A stretch of 64,000 bases of DNA from Cirrosporium novae-zelandiae (taxonomy: Eukaryota): positions 62,001 to 126,000 of the forward strand of contig JAPETS010000032.1 in the NCBI GenBank assembly GCA_026023565.1, given 5' to 3'. Positions within the stretch are counted from its first letter, which is position 1, and the number at the start of each line of letters is the position of its first letter. Positions 48,744 through 61,047 of the stretch are shown in pieces. A program made the translations under genes and the position numbers. The notes under the pieces were generated by a model. That model ran no database searches. It saw only the letters and a list, made by a program, of their open reading frames with translations, and was not told the DNA's origin.

Positions 48744-50855
48744 TCACACTTTCCCCTTCCCCTTGTCTTTCCCATGTTTATGATGATACGTATGTATATT
48801 AACCCCTCTCAACAACCTCACGCTACCCCAGACGCTCTCACTGACTCGAATTGGCAACTTCCTCCCCTTCAGACACTGATCGACAAGCCACAGGCCCACA
48901 ACGAACTCGTCTCTCGTTAAGTAGTGCGCCTCCTGTCGATTCACTAGTTCCCAGATTTCCTCCAGTATGTCGGGTGGGAGACGTGAGCGCGTCCAGATGT
49001 CCGCGACGACGAGGTTTTGGACCAGGGTTGCGGGGTCGGTGGATGCCGAGGTCAGACGCAGGTCTGGAGAGGAGGGGACAAGGAGGCCTTTATTTGCGGC
49101 CCAGACGCCCTCGTAGCGTTTCCGTTCGCGCTCGGTAATTTCGTCACGCCAGCGCTTGCGCGCGCCTTCGTGGTGTTTTTTGTGGTGTCGCCGGACGAGG
49201 TGTTTGCGCCCACGGCGCTTGGGGCTTGTGCGGCTGTCTGAGTCGGAGGATCTGGGGCGCTCCGTGCGGAGAGTGGTGCGGAGGTTTGTTTGTTTTGGGG
49301 GCGAGGGCGTCCGTGAGGGGATTGGGGTCGGCGCGCTGAAGAAGAAGTGGGAGCGGGAGTGGCGGCGCTGTTGGAGGGGGGGGTTTGATGGTGGTGGTAG
49401 GGGGGAGGTCATCCGAGAGGGGGCGCGGGACGAGGCGAGGGAGGATGCTACGATGGCGTTGGCCATTGAGTCGATGAGTTTGGCTTTTTCTAGAGCTGGA
49501 GCGCGGCCGGTGCGGGACAGAGATGAGGGGGGCCAAGACGGTTGAGACCGTGACTGGGGACGCGATATTGGTGCTGCTCGGTGGACTTTGGGTTTGGGAG
49601 GAGGTGATGGACTTCGTGGAAAGTGGGTTTGAGCGTCTTGCCAGTCTGAGGAGGATTCGGAGCTGCTAGGTGAAGGCGTGCGGTCGACACTCGTTCGTAC
49701 AGGGACAGAATCATGGAACGAGGGGAACGGCGTGCTGTCCGGTGGTTTAATGGGTCGATCTGAATCCGAGTCCAAAGCTGCAGTGGATGGCGCAGTTGTA
49801 TTTGCGTTACGGGGTGGTGGGAGCCTAGGGGGGTTCCTGATGCTGAACTCCATGGCTTTATTAGAGACCCTGGATGGACTTGGGCTTGGTGATTCCATTG
49901 CACGAGGAGAGGAAGCCTGTTTCGATCGGCGAGAGCTTTGGCTATTTAGAAGTTGGCTTCCAGAAAAATGTGGACTTGATATTTCAGTTACAGCTCCAGG
50001 GGTATTATGTCTCTGAGCAAATAAGTTTCTACCACCGGACGTCGTTCCATCGAGAGTAGCTCTGGAAGGTGCACGACTCTGAGGCGTGATGACATATTCT
50101 AGGGATGGTTTTCCGCTTGAATGAGGTCTGACGGGCTTTGGAGAGGCTATGGTTGATAACCTGTCTGGTGTTGGCTGTTGTGACCATGTATCAGGCGACC
50201 GAGCCCCAGTTCTGCTAGATCTTCCTTCAAAGGCATTTACCAGACTTCTTGTAGAGGGAATCGGAGATTCATCGTTGAATGTATTTTGTCGTGGTCGACC
50301 CATACGGACCGATGCATTAGTAGATGGTGATGTCGGGGTAGCTCTAGCAGCAGCAAGAGTTGCAGCTATCCCTGAGTACGACTTTGTAGATATATTGGAC
50401 ATATCCGACAACATTGTACTACTCCTTTTCCTCCTTTGGGGCGTCGTCAAAGTAGTTCCAGCTCCCCTAAGCTCCTCCAAAGCCCTTAATTTTTCTTGTG
50501 TAGGCGATTTCCCTCCATCTTGAGCTGACAAGGGCCTGGAGAGATGCCGATGAGATCGAGCATTTCCAGTCCCTAATTGCCCTGTCCCAACTTTTGTCGC
50601 AGCAGCCAAAGCCGGACTGACCTGAACATGTGGATTTGCTTTTGGAGATCCAACCTTGGTGGCAGCGGCTAAAGCTGCATTTATTCCATTCTGTGCATTC
50701 GGACTTGTGGTTGTTTCAGTTATCGGCCGTTGCTGGAAGGCCAGTGAAGCGCCACGCAGGGCAGCCGCACGTCGGTCGTCATTCTGGGATTTACTGTCGA
50801 CAAAGGTTCGATATGTCAACGTCGAATCAGCTCTGGGTCGAACTGCAGCGGACAT
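48744..50855 (-). CDS. IRS4: Irs4/Tax4-like EH-domain protein
   Basis: AALRGASLAF at the N-terminus and MANAIVASSLASSRA. C-terminal HHEG.RKRWRDEITERERKRYEGVWAANKG, IWTRSRLP..ILEEIWELV, EFVVGLWLVDQCLKGRKLP.RVSESVW. Confidence 0.85.
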   Translation of the reverse strand: MSAAVRPRADSTLTYRTFVDSKSQNDDRRAAALRGASLAFQQRPITETTTSPNAQNGINAALAAATKVGSPKANPHVQVSPALAAATKVGTGQLGTGNARSHRHLSRPLSAQDGGKSPTQEKLRALEELRGAGTTLTTPQRRKRSSTMLSDMSNISTKSYSGIAATLAAARATPTSPSTNASVRMGRPRQNTFNDESPIPSTRSLVNAFEGRSSRTGARSPDTWSQQPTPDRLSTIASPKPVRPHSSGKPSLEYVITPQSRAPSRATLDGTTSGGRNLFAQRHNTPGAVTEISSPHFSGSQLLNSQSSRRSKQASSPRAMESPSPSPSRVSNKAMEFSIRNPPRLPPPRNANTTAPSTAALDSDSDRPIKPPDSTPFPSFHDSVPVRTSVDRTPSPSSSESSSDWQDAQTHFPRSPSPPPKPKVHRAAPISRPQSRSQPSWPPSSLSRTGRAPALEKAKLIDSMANAIVASSLASSRAPSRMTSPLPPPSNPPLQQRRHSRSHFFFSAPTPIPSRTPSPPKQTNLRTTLRTERPRSSDSDSRTSPKRRGRKHLVRRHHKKHHEGARKRWRDEITERERKRYEGVWAANKGLLVPSSPDLRLTSASTDPATLVQNLVVADIWTRSRLPPDILEEIWELVNRQEAHYLTRDEFVVGLWLVDQCLKGRKLPIRVSESVWGSVRLLRGVNIHTYHHKHGKDKGKGKV

Positions 50856-51170
50856 ATGGCCATGAGGTTACCATGGAACACGGAGGGGAAAAGGCAATTT
50901 GGATTGTGAATCAAAGATGGTTAAGTTTCTTGATCATCGGCTGAGATGACGGGCAAGGGGCCGAGGATTCGGAAGGGAAGCGTCCAAAGTGTAGAATAAG
51001 GTGTCAATTAACTAAATGAGTTTAAAATGATAACGTAAAAGAATAGTTTGTCCAGAGGTACTTGAGAGGAGTTATTTTGATGAAAGCAGGGAGCCGGCAA
51101 CTGGAGAATCCGAAGAAATGAAAGTGGTGAGTACTGTAGGTAAAACGGAGGTAAACATAGGGCGTCAGCA

Positions 51171-51438
51171 AAGCAACGAAGCAACGAAGCAACGAAGCAA
51201 CGGACGTCAGAGAGTTTGCAGTAGTATCTAGCCCATTTGGTTGATTAGTTCAGCTAAGTTACGACTACATTTGATAGACTTTACCCCATGCAGAGATAGG
51301 CCTAGGATGTAAGATGCCATCCATAATTAGCCATAGGTGCGAGTAATCGATAGGATCAATAAGGCTGAATTAAACTTAAGGTTACCCACTATCTTCCAAC
51401 GGTTAGCCTTATGAAATCTTATGAAATCTTATGAAATC
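51171..51438. repeat. Short tandem repeats (AAGCAACG)4 at 51171-51202 and (TTATGAAATC)3 at 51409-51438 in the IRS4/LIG4 divergent spacer
   Basis: Read directly. Confidence 0.85.
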
Positions 51439-51569
51439 AGGCATCTATCCCTACATTATCCAAATTATTCAAGGCAGCAGAACCTAAACCTGAATGAATA
51501 TATGAGACATGATACATGTTTCTTCTGTCTGTAGTCAAATAATCAAATAATATTTTAATATTTCCTGTC

Positions 51570-54500
51570 ATGGCCTCTCATCGTGATGGCGACGTTGAAA
51601 TGATGGACGTTGAAGGTGATACACCTCAACCTCAAGCTGTTGACCTGGAGAAAGAGCTTGATGAGAGGTATTATTTACAATTCTACTTACTGTAATCATG
51701 TCGTCGTAGCTCACATGCTCCAGATATCCCAATCGACCTCACAATCACTCTCCAACTCTTCCCTTTCATGATCTATTCCTCACCCTCTTCAACCCACTCA
51801 ACGAAAATAAGAAGAAACCCACTGGCCCAGTAGCAGCAAGAAGAAGAGTTGGCCCTAATGCTGCTAGTAACTCTCCCCAGGAAGTACGTCGACACATCAT
51901 TGAAAGATTCGTCTCAAGATGGCGCAAAGAAGTCGGAGACGATATATTCCCCGCACTTCGCCTCATCATCCCCGACAAAGATAGAGACCGTGCCATGTAT
52001 GGATTGAAAGAAAAGGCCATTGGAAAACTTCTTGTTAAGGTTATGAAGATTGACAAAAACTCCGAGGATGGCTTCAACCTGTTGAATTGGAAATTACCTG
52101 GCCAGAGCACCGCCAGCAGAATGGCTGGGGATTTCGCTGGACGGTGCTATGAAGTGATTGTAAAACGTCCACTAAGAACTACAGCTGGTGATATGACTAT
52201 CGAAGAAGTCAACGACAGGCTAGACAAGCTCTCGGCTGTTCAAAGAGAACAACAGCAGGCTCCAATATTCGACGAACTTTACCACAGAATGAATGCAGAG
52301 GAAATGATGTGGTTAATTCGAATTATTCTTCGCCAAATGAAAGTCGGAGCGACAGAGAAGACCTTCTTCCATATCTGGCATCCGGATGCAGAGAATCTGT
52401 TCAATGTGTCCTCCAGCCTAAGGCGTATTTGCTGGGAACTACATGATCCTACAGTCCGTTTGGAAGGGGAGGAGAAAGGCATTACTTTGATGCAATGCTA
52501 TCAACCTCAACTTGCCCAGTTTCAGATGCACTCTTTCCAGAAAATGGTAGATAGAATGAAACCAACGGAAGATGACGATGCATTCTGGATTGAAGAAAAG
52601 CTGGATGGTGAGAGAATGCAGTTGCACATGATGGAAGATAAAAATACTCCTGGAGGTAAAAAATTTGGCTTCTGGTCTAGAAAAGCTAAAGATTATACGT
52701 ATCTCTACGGTAACGGATTCCACGACGGTGCTCTGACAAGACACATCAAAGAGGCATTTCATGAAGGAGTCCAAAGTATCATCCTTGATGGCGAAATGAT
52801 CACCTGGGATCCTGAGCAGGATGCTATGGTCCCATTCGGCACCTTGAAAACAGCTGCCCTCTCCCTTCAGGCAAACCCCTTTTCGGAAGGCCAACGGCCA
52901 CTCTACCGTGTCTTCGACATCCTATATCTCAACGGCAAAGACATTACGAAATACACCCTCCGCGATCGGCGTCGTGCCCTCGAAGCTAGCGTCCATTCCA
53001 TCCACCGCCGGCTTGAACTCCATGAATATCAAGAAGCACACTCCGCCACAGAAATCGAGCCTCTTCTCCGAAAAGTCGTCGCTGAGGCCTCCGAAGGTCT
53101 CGTACTCAAGAACCCTCGCTCCCTATATCGCTTGAACGAACGGCATGATGATTGGATGAAAGTGAAGCCCGAATACATGACCGAATTTGGCGAATCTCTC
53201 GACTGCGTTGTTATAGGTGGGTACTATGGATCTGGAACCCGCGGGGGCAATCTTTCTTCCTTTATGTGTGGACTCCGTGTCGATGAGAATCAGATCCAGC
53301 AGGGTGCGGATCCCATGAAGTGCTACTCATTCTTCAAAGTGGGAGGTGGCTTCGCCGCAGCAGATTATCAGCAAATCCGACACCATACTGATGGAAAGTG
53401 GAAGGATTGGGACGCAAAGCATCCACCTACACAGTACATCGAGCTTAGCGGAGGAGAGCTCCAATACGAACGCCCGGATGTGTGGATCAAACCTTGCGAC
53501 TCTGTTGTCCTTTCCGTAAAGGCCGCATCTGTAAATACAACTGATCAGTTCCGTATGGGTATGACGGTGCGCTTTCCCCGCTTTAAAAGGCTGCGAACGG
53601 ACAAAGACTGGAAGTCTGCCTTGACGATCCAGGAGTTTTTAGAGCTAAAGAAGAATGTGGAGAGGGAGCATCAGGATAAAGAGTTTAAGGTCGATGATGG
53701 GAGGAAAAGAGCGGGAATGCGGAAGAAGAAGAAGCCATTAACTGTTATGGGAGACGAGGGGGCGTCAGAGATAAAAACGCCGTTTGCTGGTCCAGAGACC
53801 CGCCTATTTTCTGGCCTAGATTTCTATGTAATCACAGAATCCCTTTCACCTAACAAATCCACAAAACCCCAGATCGAGTCTCTCAACAAGGTCCACGGCG
53901 GCTCCATCTACCAAACTCATAATGCCGTTCCCAAAACTATCTGCCTCGCCGCCCGCCGCACTGTTAAAGTAGCCTCCCTCCAGAAAGCGGGCACCCACAC
54001 TCTCATCAACCCCTCTTGGATTTTCGACTGTGTCCGTCAAGCAGAGAACGACAGAGCCAAAGGCCGCGAAGCGCTAATTCTTGCCTATGAACCGAAACAT
54101 ATTTTCTCCATGGCTAATAAGAAAGACTCTAGCGATGATGAAAATGAGGAGGAACTCGCCGCGGAGAACGTGGATGCGTTTGGAGACAGCTACGTCAGGG
54201 ATCTCGACATTTCCGAGCTCAAACTCTTACTAGAAGACATGCGACTACCGAAACCGGAAAAACACGGCGACGGTGATACTTTTAATAAAAGTCTGTTCCT
54301 ACAACAGCTCGATGACCACGGTCACGGTTTCAGGGAACTGAAAGGTTGGATCTTTAGGGGTTGTAGTGTGTATTTTGACGATGGGGGTAGCGAGCCTAGT
54401 GACGGTGGGGAGGGAGAGGGCGGGGTGGAAACGAAAATACTAGAACGAACTGTCCGCTTCGGCGGAGGCACCATCCTTCATTACTCCCACGAAAACGCCA

Positions 54501-55206
54501 CACACATTGTCGTAGCACCGTCTACGTCTCAGGAACGGATAAGAGGTATCAGGGAGGAGATTAAATGGTAAGTCAGCCAATCACCCATATTACATACATG
54601 CACAGATATCATCCATCTCATTCCCCCCTCCTTCCCCTCCTCTCACAATTCAGCAACCCACAACAACCCAACCAAATCAACCGATAAGGGAAAAAAAAGG
54701 AACATTCACCATCAAGCTAACACCCAACCTCTCTCCTCTCTTCACAGGCGACGGCAACTACCCCGAACTGTGAATCCCGATTGGATCAACCAGAGCTGGA
54801 ACGAGGGAACATTGCTGGATGAAGAGCGTGAGCTATTTTACCCCACCCCACCTCCACCTCACACGACACAACAACACAATAAAGTACAACATAACAACAA
54901 TACCCCCCCCCCCCCCTAACCAAAAATAAATTAAAACTAAAACTAAAACCCCCACCACACTACACTACTCGAGTACACCCTCCCATGCCTCTGTCTCTGT
55001 CTCTCCAACTCCTTCTTCTGCCCCTCTCCCCATCCATCCATCCACACATACCATAATTACCATGACTGATACCTTGGTACTTTACCTTACCTCCCACGTT
55101 CCTGTACCCCAACCCCTCTTCAACCCCCCACCACCACCTCAAAACAACCAAAAAAAAAACTTTTACTAAATATTGAAAAAAAAACATAGGTTTCGCGATC
55201 GTTTAA
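51570..55206 (+). CDS. lig4: DNA ligase IV (NHEJ)
   Basis: Adenylation motif EEKLDGER, then LDGEM, EGLVLK, WMKVKPEY and RFPRF, plus two BRCT-like regions (WIFDC; WINQSW). Introns at 51668-51723, 54568-54747 and 54828-55189. Ends RFAIV*. Confidence 0.95.
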
Positions 55207-56799
55207 AAATGAAATACATGAATACGAACATTAAGGAACACGAAATACAACTCCCGGTTTTTTTTTGTTTTTTATAATATTATGATGGAAATGAAAGGGA
55301 ATAGATAGTGGGTAGGAGGTTAGGAGGTTTAGGAAGTTGGGATGTTAGGGAAGGGAGGGGGCTCTTTGCTTTTTGATATAAATAGCTATGCTATAAGGGG
55401 GTCATGGGGTTATGATAGCCAAATAAATAAATAATCAAATAATTGGGAGAATTGAGTATCTATGATATCCAAGCATGTATATATATATGTATGTTCATAT
55501 ATATAAAACCCATCACATATAATGATGATGTATATATTCTATATATATATACAATCCAATCACAACCACAATCACCCAAAACCAAAGTATCTTTCTCACT
55601 CAAAAAAGGCGCTCGACTCAGTTCAGGTAAAAATAAACCCAAAATCCTATTCCTGTTCCGATCTATTCCATTCCTTAATCTTACATCTAATTAAAAAAAA
55701 CTCTCCCCGGCAATCGATTCTCTTCTTTGGCCTATCCCATTGTCCATAGTCCATAAGTCCGCATCCGCTTCTTTCCCTTTCCCTTTCCCGCTCTCTCTCT
55801 CTCACTCACACACACACACTCTCTCTCTCTCTCTATATTTCTATCCCCTCCCTAATGCCTCTACCCTCACCCACCCACCCTCTTTCCCCATTCAAAAATA
55901 AACAACAAGCAAACAACAAATCCATCCACCCATCCATTCATCCATCCATCTCAGAAGCGAGTTCGAATAATACCTCCTCCCTCCATCCCTTTCCTTCCTT
56001 TCCTCCCTTGAATAGCTCACAGGTGGTATAGAACAAAGAAACCGAAACGCATCCAATCGAAAAAAAAGAAAAAAAAAATACGCAATCCGTCCCATGTTCC
56101 CTCCCTAGTCCCAACCATTCCCAATTCAACCCGAAAAAAGAAAAAGAAAAATCTCCTAGTAAACACACGACGATGAGCCAGTATAATGATGATAATAGGA
56201 GAGAGAGAGAGAGAGAAGGAGCCGTGACCAGCACGGCTTTAGTTGACTCGATCAAGTAGGTTGTCGTTGTTGAAGGTGATAGGGGTGAGTGAAAGAGTGA
56301 ACTACTTGTATCTCCCCTTCGATCAATGAATGAATAGATTAAAGAAAGATGCGGCTCTGTCCGCTTCATTTCGAAAATTTGCTCCTGTGCTCCTGGTATG
56401 CGCGGATTCTCTGATGTTGATTTGGTATGCACCCGGAACACCTCGCTTCGCTGTAATTCTACCCGATATAATGATATCTCAAACATAGGATTGCAATATA
56501 GGAAAGTCGTATTCACGTCGAAATGTGGTATGCTATGTGTGCGTTGAACCAGCGCACTAAAAGTATCCATCGGGAATATTCGTCCGATTGGGGAGAATGG
56601 TAACGGCTAAAAGGTTGATGTGGTGATGCCCAATATGCAATATGCAAGGGCCGAAGTGGATCGGAACATTAAACAACACACATGTGAAAATTTTCCCTCA
56701 TTTTCAAAAGGTAAAAAAAATAAAAAACTTTCCAATGAGCGGTGGAGTTGTTCTCGACAATTCGTTGAATTCTAGGCGCGACAGAATCACACGGAAATC

Positions 56800-58332
56800 T
56801 TAAGCAATTATGCCGATCCATCTTGAAGGGATACCTTCATCACTAACATCATGTTTCTGGCATGGTCTTCTTGGCGGTAAGAATAAATGGGCTTTACCTG
56901 GTGCGGCATCGTCCAATTTTCCTGCTCGTCGCATATTCATCTCCATGACTATTATCCGCAGGAAGTCACAGTTTTCGCGAGGTTCTCGCTGTCGGTAAAC
57001 TGCATTTGGACCAGTCAAGGTTTCGGCAAGGTACATCTCGTTTGCCGCTTCTCTGACTGGTTCTTCCATGCATATGCCGGAGCCTGCAAAGATCGGAGGC
57101 GAGGAGGCCTGTGCGGAACGGGTGAGTGGTGGATAGCATGTCTGTAACTGAATTGAAGCTGTGCATCGCCGATTACGGGCTCTGGATGCACTGGTGGGAG
57201 GGAAATCCTGGTATGTGTTTAATTCGACAGGTGAAATCGGATTAAGATAACGCCGGACATCCGCTGGTGGTGGTTCGGTTGAATGAATAGGTGAGGTTGG
57301 TCGTTTATCATCTGTAGAGGAAGGAGAAAACGAAAGAATATTCTGCGCAAACACATCGTGTTGCTGAATAGGTGGAACGGCATATTTGGAGAATGATTTC
57401 GCTGCCGATTTCAGTGCTCGCAAAGATGCCGTTAGATTTGACTTGAAGGAAGAAGTAGACGAAGAATGTTTTAGTGGAGATGATCGTGCTGGTCGGCTAA
57501 GTTGCGCTTGAATCTTTGGTTTCGATATTTCTTCAATCACAAATATATCCTCATCATCAACGTGCAATAGTGGATGATCGGATGCGCAATCTTCTAATTG
57601 AGAGGGTGAAGGTGATGAAGCTCTTGCTTTCCGGTCACGAAGAGCTACTAAGGATCTAACCGAAGGAGTTGTTGGCATGCTATTTGTAGGTGTGCACTCG
57701 TTATCATCTTCCAACGACGGGACTGATTCGCTTGAATCCGTGCGAAGAGACAACGGCTCGGAACTACAGTCGGCACTACTTGCATCATCTGATACCAGAT
57801 CTTCGGGCGGACTGAGTAGGAATTCGAAATGCCCGTTGCCTAAACTCGACGTTCGCGTCGGTCTATTTTTATCCCTGCGATCCGTTCCTCTGTGTCTTCT
57901 TTCTACCAGTCCGAATACCTCTGGTTCCAAGTGACTTCTTCGATCGCGACGAGTCCTACTTCGGGTGGGAATAGTTGTCACAGCCAGCAAGGCGGCCACC
58001 GCTGGAGGTGTAGCATTTGGATCATGGACATTTCCATAATAGTATTCAATATTCGCGATCCTCTCATCCTTCTTCTTCGTTCTTCTTGTATCACTCCGGT
58101 CTCCTTTCTGTTTTCCAGCTGGTATGGACACAGGCTTACTGGGCGCAACAGAATGCGGCAACGACGCTGTCGCCGGTTTTGGTGTCGCCGACCTCGAAGA
58201 AGATTCTACGCGCTTCTGAGAGTCCTTGGAAGAACTCCTGCTCCTCCAGCCGGAGCTGTTCTTCTCATTATGTGTTGGCGACCGAGGTGGTGGGGGGGGA
58301 GCCGTATAAATGAAGGCTCGTGGCACCATCAT
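56800..58332 (-). CDS. Conserved ascomycete hypothetical protein, Ser/Pro-rich
   Basis: 510-aa ORF with conserved-looking blocks PPAVAALLAVTTIP, SFKSNLTASLRALKSAAKS, RRYLNP and RQREPRENCDFLRIIVMEMNMRRAGKL. Confidence 0.8.
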   Translation of the reverse strand: MMVPRAFIYTAPPPPPRSPTHNEKNSSGWRSRSSSKDSQKRVESSSRSATPKPATASLPHSVAPSKPVSIPAGKQKGDRSDTRRTKKKDERIANIEYYYGNVHDPNATPPAVAALLAVTTIPTRSRTRRDRRSHLEPEVFGLVERRHRGTDRRDKNRPTRTSSLGNGHFEFLLSPPEDLVSDDASSADCSSEPLSLRTDSSESVPSLEDDNECTPTNSMPTTPSVRSLVALRDRKARASSPSPSQLEDCASDHPLLHVDDEDIFVIEEISKPKIQAQLSRPARSSPLKHSSSTSSFKSNLTASLRALKSAAKSFSKYAVPPIQQHDVFAQNILSFSPSSTDDKRPTSPIHSTEPPPADVRRYLNPISPVELNTYQDFPPTSASRARNRRCTASIQLQTCYPPLTRSAQASSPPIFAGSGICMEEPVREAANEMYLAETLTGPNAVYRQREPRENCDFLRIIVMEMNMRRAGKLDDAAPGKAHLFLPPRRPCQKHDVSDEGIPSRWIGIIA

Positions 58333-59260
58333 GGCTGGTCCAGCCTTTGAAATATCTGTAGAGCCAGATTAAAAGATGATGGATGTAAATTGACAGAGGC
58401 AAACAATTGTGTTTGAAGGCTCGAGGTTTGGATGGCTCTGCGGCACATGGCTCGATTAGGCAGTCGTGTGATGACTCTGATAGGTAGAGCCTATCTGCAA
58501 GGAGCCGGTTTGATGGTTTCAACTAAGTTCAGAGGTTCAGCTGGAGATTGGATAAGAGACATGAAAATGTTTGATGCCTTCAGGGAAGACGAGAAATGAT
58601 TGAGAAGAAAAGTAGGATATTATGATGAAAGAGGGTAGGGTAGTAGTAGTATTAGTCCAGTAATCTAGTCTAGGAATCTACTAGTAGTCTAATAGAGGGA
58701 TTGAAGTCTGGAGTAAGTCCAGAGATGGACCAAATCAGGGAAAGACAGATTTCATGGTGAGTTGGCTTGAGCGTGAGCGGCAGCCGGATAAGAGAGGGAT
58801 GGAATGCTAAGGGGGTGGGCGTTGGGGGGGGGGGGGTGTTTGGGGGGGTAAGGAAGGTCAAGAGCCAGCTCGAGTCGGGCTGAAGTGGGTGGTGGTTGAA
58901 GAATAACTAATTGATTGAATTAAAGTGAATTAACTGGTTCAAAGATGGCGGACTGATAAGAGAAATAGCCCTGCCCACGCGACATGCAGCTGCCATTTAG
59001 AGCCATTTTTCAGGCTTTTTTGTTTTTTTTTGTTATCTATCAGCTTACATGTTACCGGCTATTACATGGATTACCTGTAGTTTACATCTAGCGGGTATAT
59101 ATTGGTATGATCCCTCTGAAATCTACCAGAATACTGCGAATGTCATGGTAGAGAGATATCTAAGTGATTTTAAATAATTTCTTCCATTCTGTTGGGTAAG
59201 CGTGACGTATGAAAGAATAAGGGGCTAAATTGCCTTGGTTTCCTTGACTATTACCCTACT

Positions 59261-59295
59261 GTACCCTACCGTACCCTACCGTACCCTACCGTACC
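59261..59295. repeat. Tandem repeat (GTACCCTACC)3.5
   Basis: Read directly. Confidence 0.85.
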
Positions 59296-61047
59296 ATATA
59301 CCCTGTTTTGTTACCGGTGTACCAGTGTCCCATGTTACCTGGTACCTGTACATGCTTACATGCTTACATGCTTACTTGCTTACGTACAGAACACTCATAG
59401 GGCTCCGGTTGGTTCTCTTTTCAAACTATGACTCTTAATTTTTTGGCCTTGGTTTGCCTTGCTTTCCCTTGCTTTCTACTTAGCAAACAAAATAACACTA
59501 CCCAACCTTGAACCAGAAAGCCACCCAGAGCCACTCAAAAGCCACCAGGGCCACCAGACATTGACCAGACACGCCGGAGCCACCAAAAGTCTTCATCTCC
59601 AAGCGGGAAAGTCCGAAAAGTCCCGCTCATCTCCATCTTCATCCAGCTTCATCACCACTCTCTGGAGTATTTTGGACCCTTTCTCCACGAGTTAAAAAAA
59701 CCAAGAAGAAAAAAAAAAAGCTTTTTTCTTTTTCACTTTGACATGATCTTTTTCCTTTTTCCTTTTCCTTATCAGTCAGTTCGTGACTCCCACAAATGAC
59801 CAATGGGCAGTACCCTCAACAGCTCTTCGGATCTAACCGAAGGATCAAAGACTCTGGACTATTTCCTCCTACAGTACTCTTTTCCCACACACGTGAGATC
59901 GACTTGTCCATCTTGCGGAATCTGAGATCGAAACCATATATATCCGTGCGTAACCGTTCGTGAATCATGTCTTTGTGACTGAGTGAGGGATGAAAAGTAA
60001 CGAGTCACGAACCAACAGGATGAAATGCTATGTAATTGTTGGACAACAACACGTACTGCTTTGGTACAAAAACACCGGCCAGATTTCCAGTTCCTGAGCG
60101 GAGAATATTAGGTCATTCATGGCTCCACCAGCCGCAGGGTCACAAAATATTCCAGGGTCATGTCCAGGGTTAAATATCCAGGGTTAATGCCCAGGGCTGT
60201 GAGAAACAAGTGGGACGACCAACATCCGTCGGTAAAGTGGATCCCCCTCCCCCCCCCCGATTTAACGACTAACCCATCATTAACTGCCTAGGTAACCCAA
60301 TCAACCCTCATTGTTTTTCTTGCTATTCAAGTAAATCTGGGGAACCCAGCACTCTTGGGTGGAAATGCATTTTGTTTCTTTTTCGCACACGTCCCCATCA
60401 GATGATTTCCATGTGTCAATCAGTCCAAACCTTCATGTTTTTTGCATTTCATAACTCCGAGGGGAAAAACATCCTTGCCTTTTGTGACCAAAAATGCCAC
60501 CGTCGTACCCAAGTACTTCTCTCATCATGTAACAGGAATCTTCACGAGTTTTCATACTGGGAATTACCCTGTACCTTGTTTGTTGCGTCACGGCCTTCCT
60601 TTACCTAATTATAACCTTTGGTCCGCCCAGTTTTCAACTTTTCATCAATATTTCTGTGTAATCGTTGCTGGACTCCCCATTGTCTTCTCTGCGGAAATCT
60701 GAGTATACGGCGGGAATTATGACGGCCATTATCTTCCCTCCCCAGCAACATTGGATTACATCAAACACTGACACAGAGATGGAATTATTAATGCCACCTT
60801 AAGGCTCCATTGCCTCAAAAGATCAACTTGAAAATGGACTAGATGTCAAAGAATTTGAAAAAAAAAAATTGAAAATTGAAAATAATCATCACAGTGTGCC
60901 GAGGAAGAACCAAATGCTTTTTTTTAAAACCATGAGCCGAGGACCCATCAGGAACATCTTAGGCCCTTGATCGATCCAATAACTTAATATTCATTATTCA
61001 CACAATCCCAACCCACGCTGATCTTGAACCCCATGCCGATTCTACTC

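Noticed and set aside
55938..56570. 210-aa minus-strand ORF
   Set aside because: It lies in the likely 3' UTR of the 56800-58332 gene, runs through simple repeats and has no motifs.
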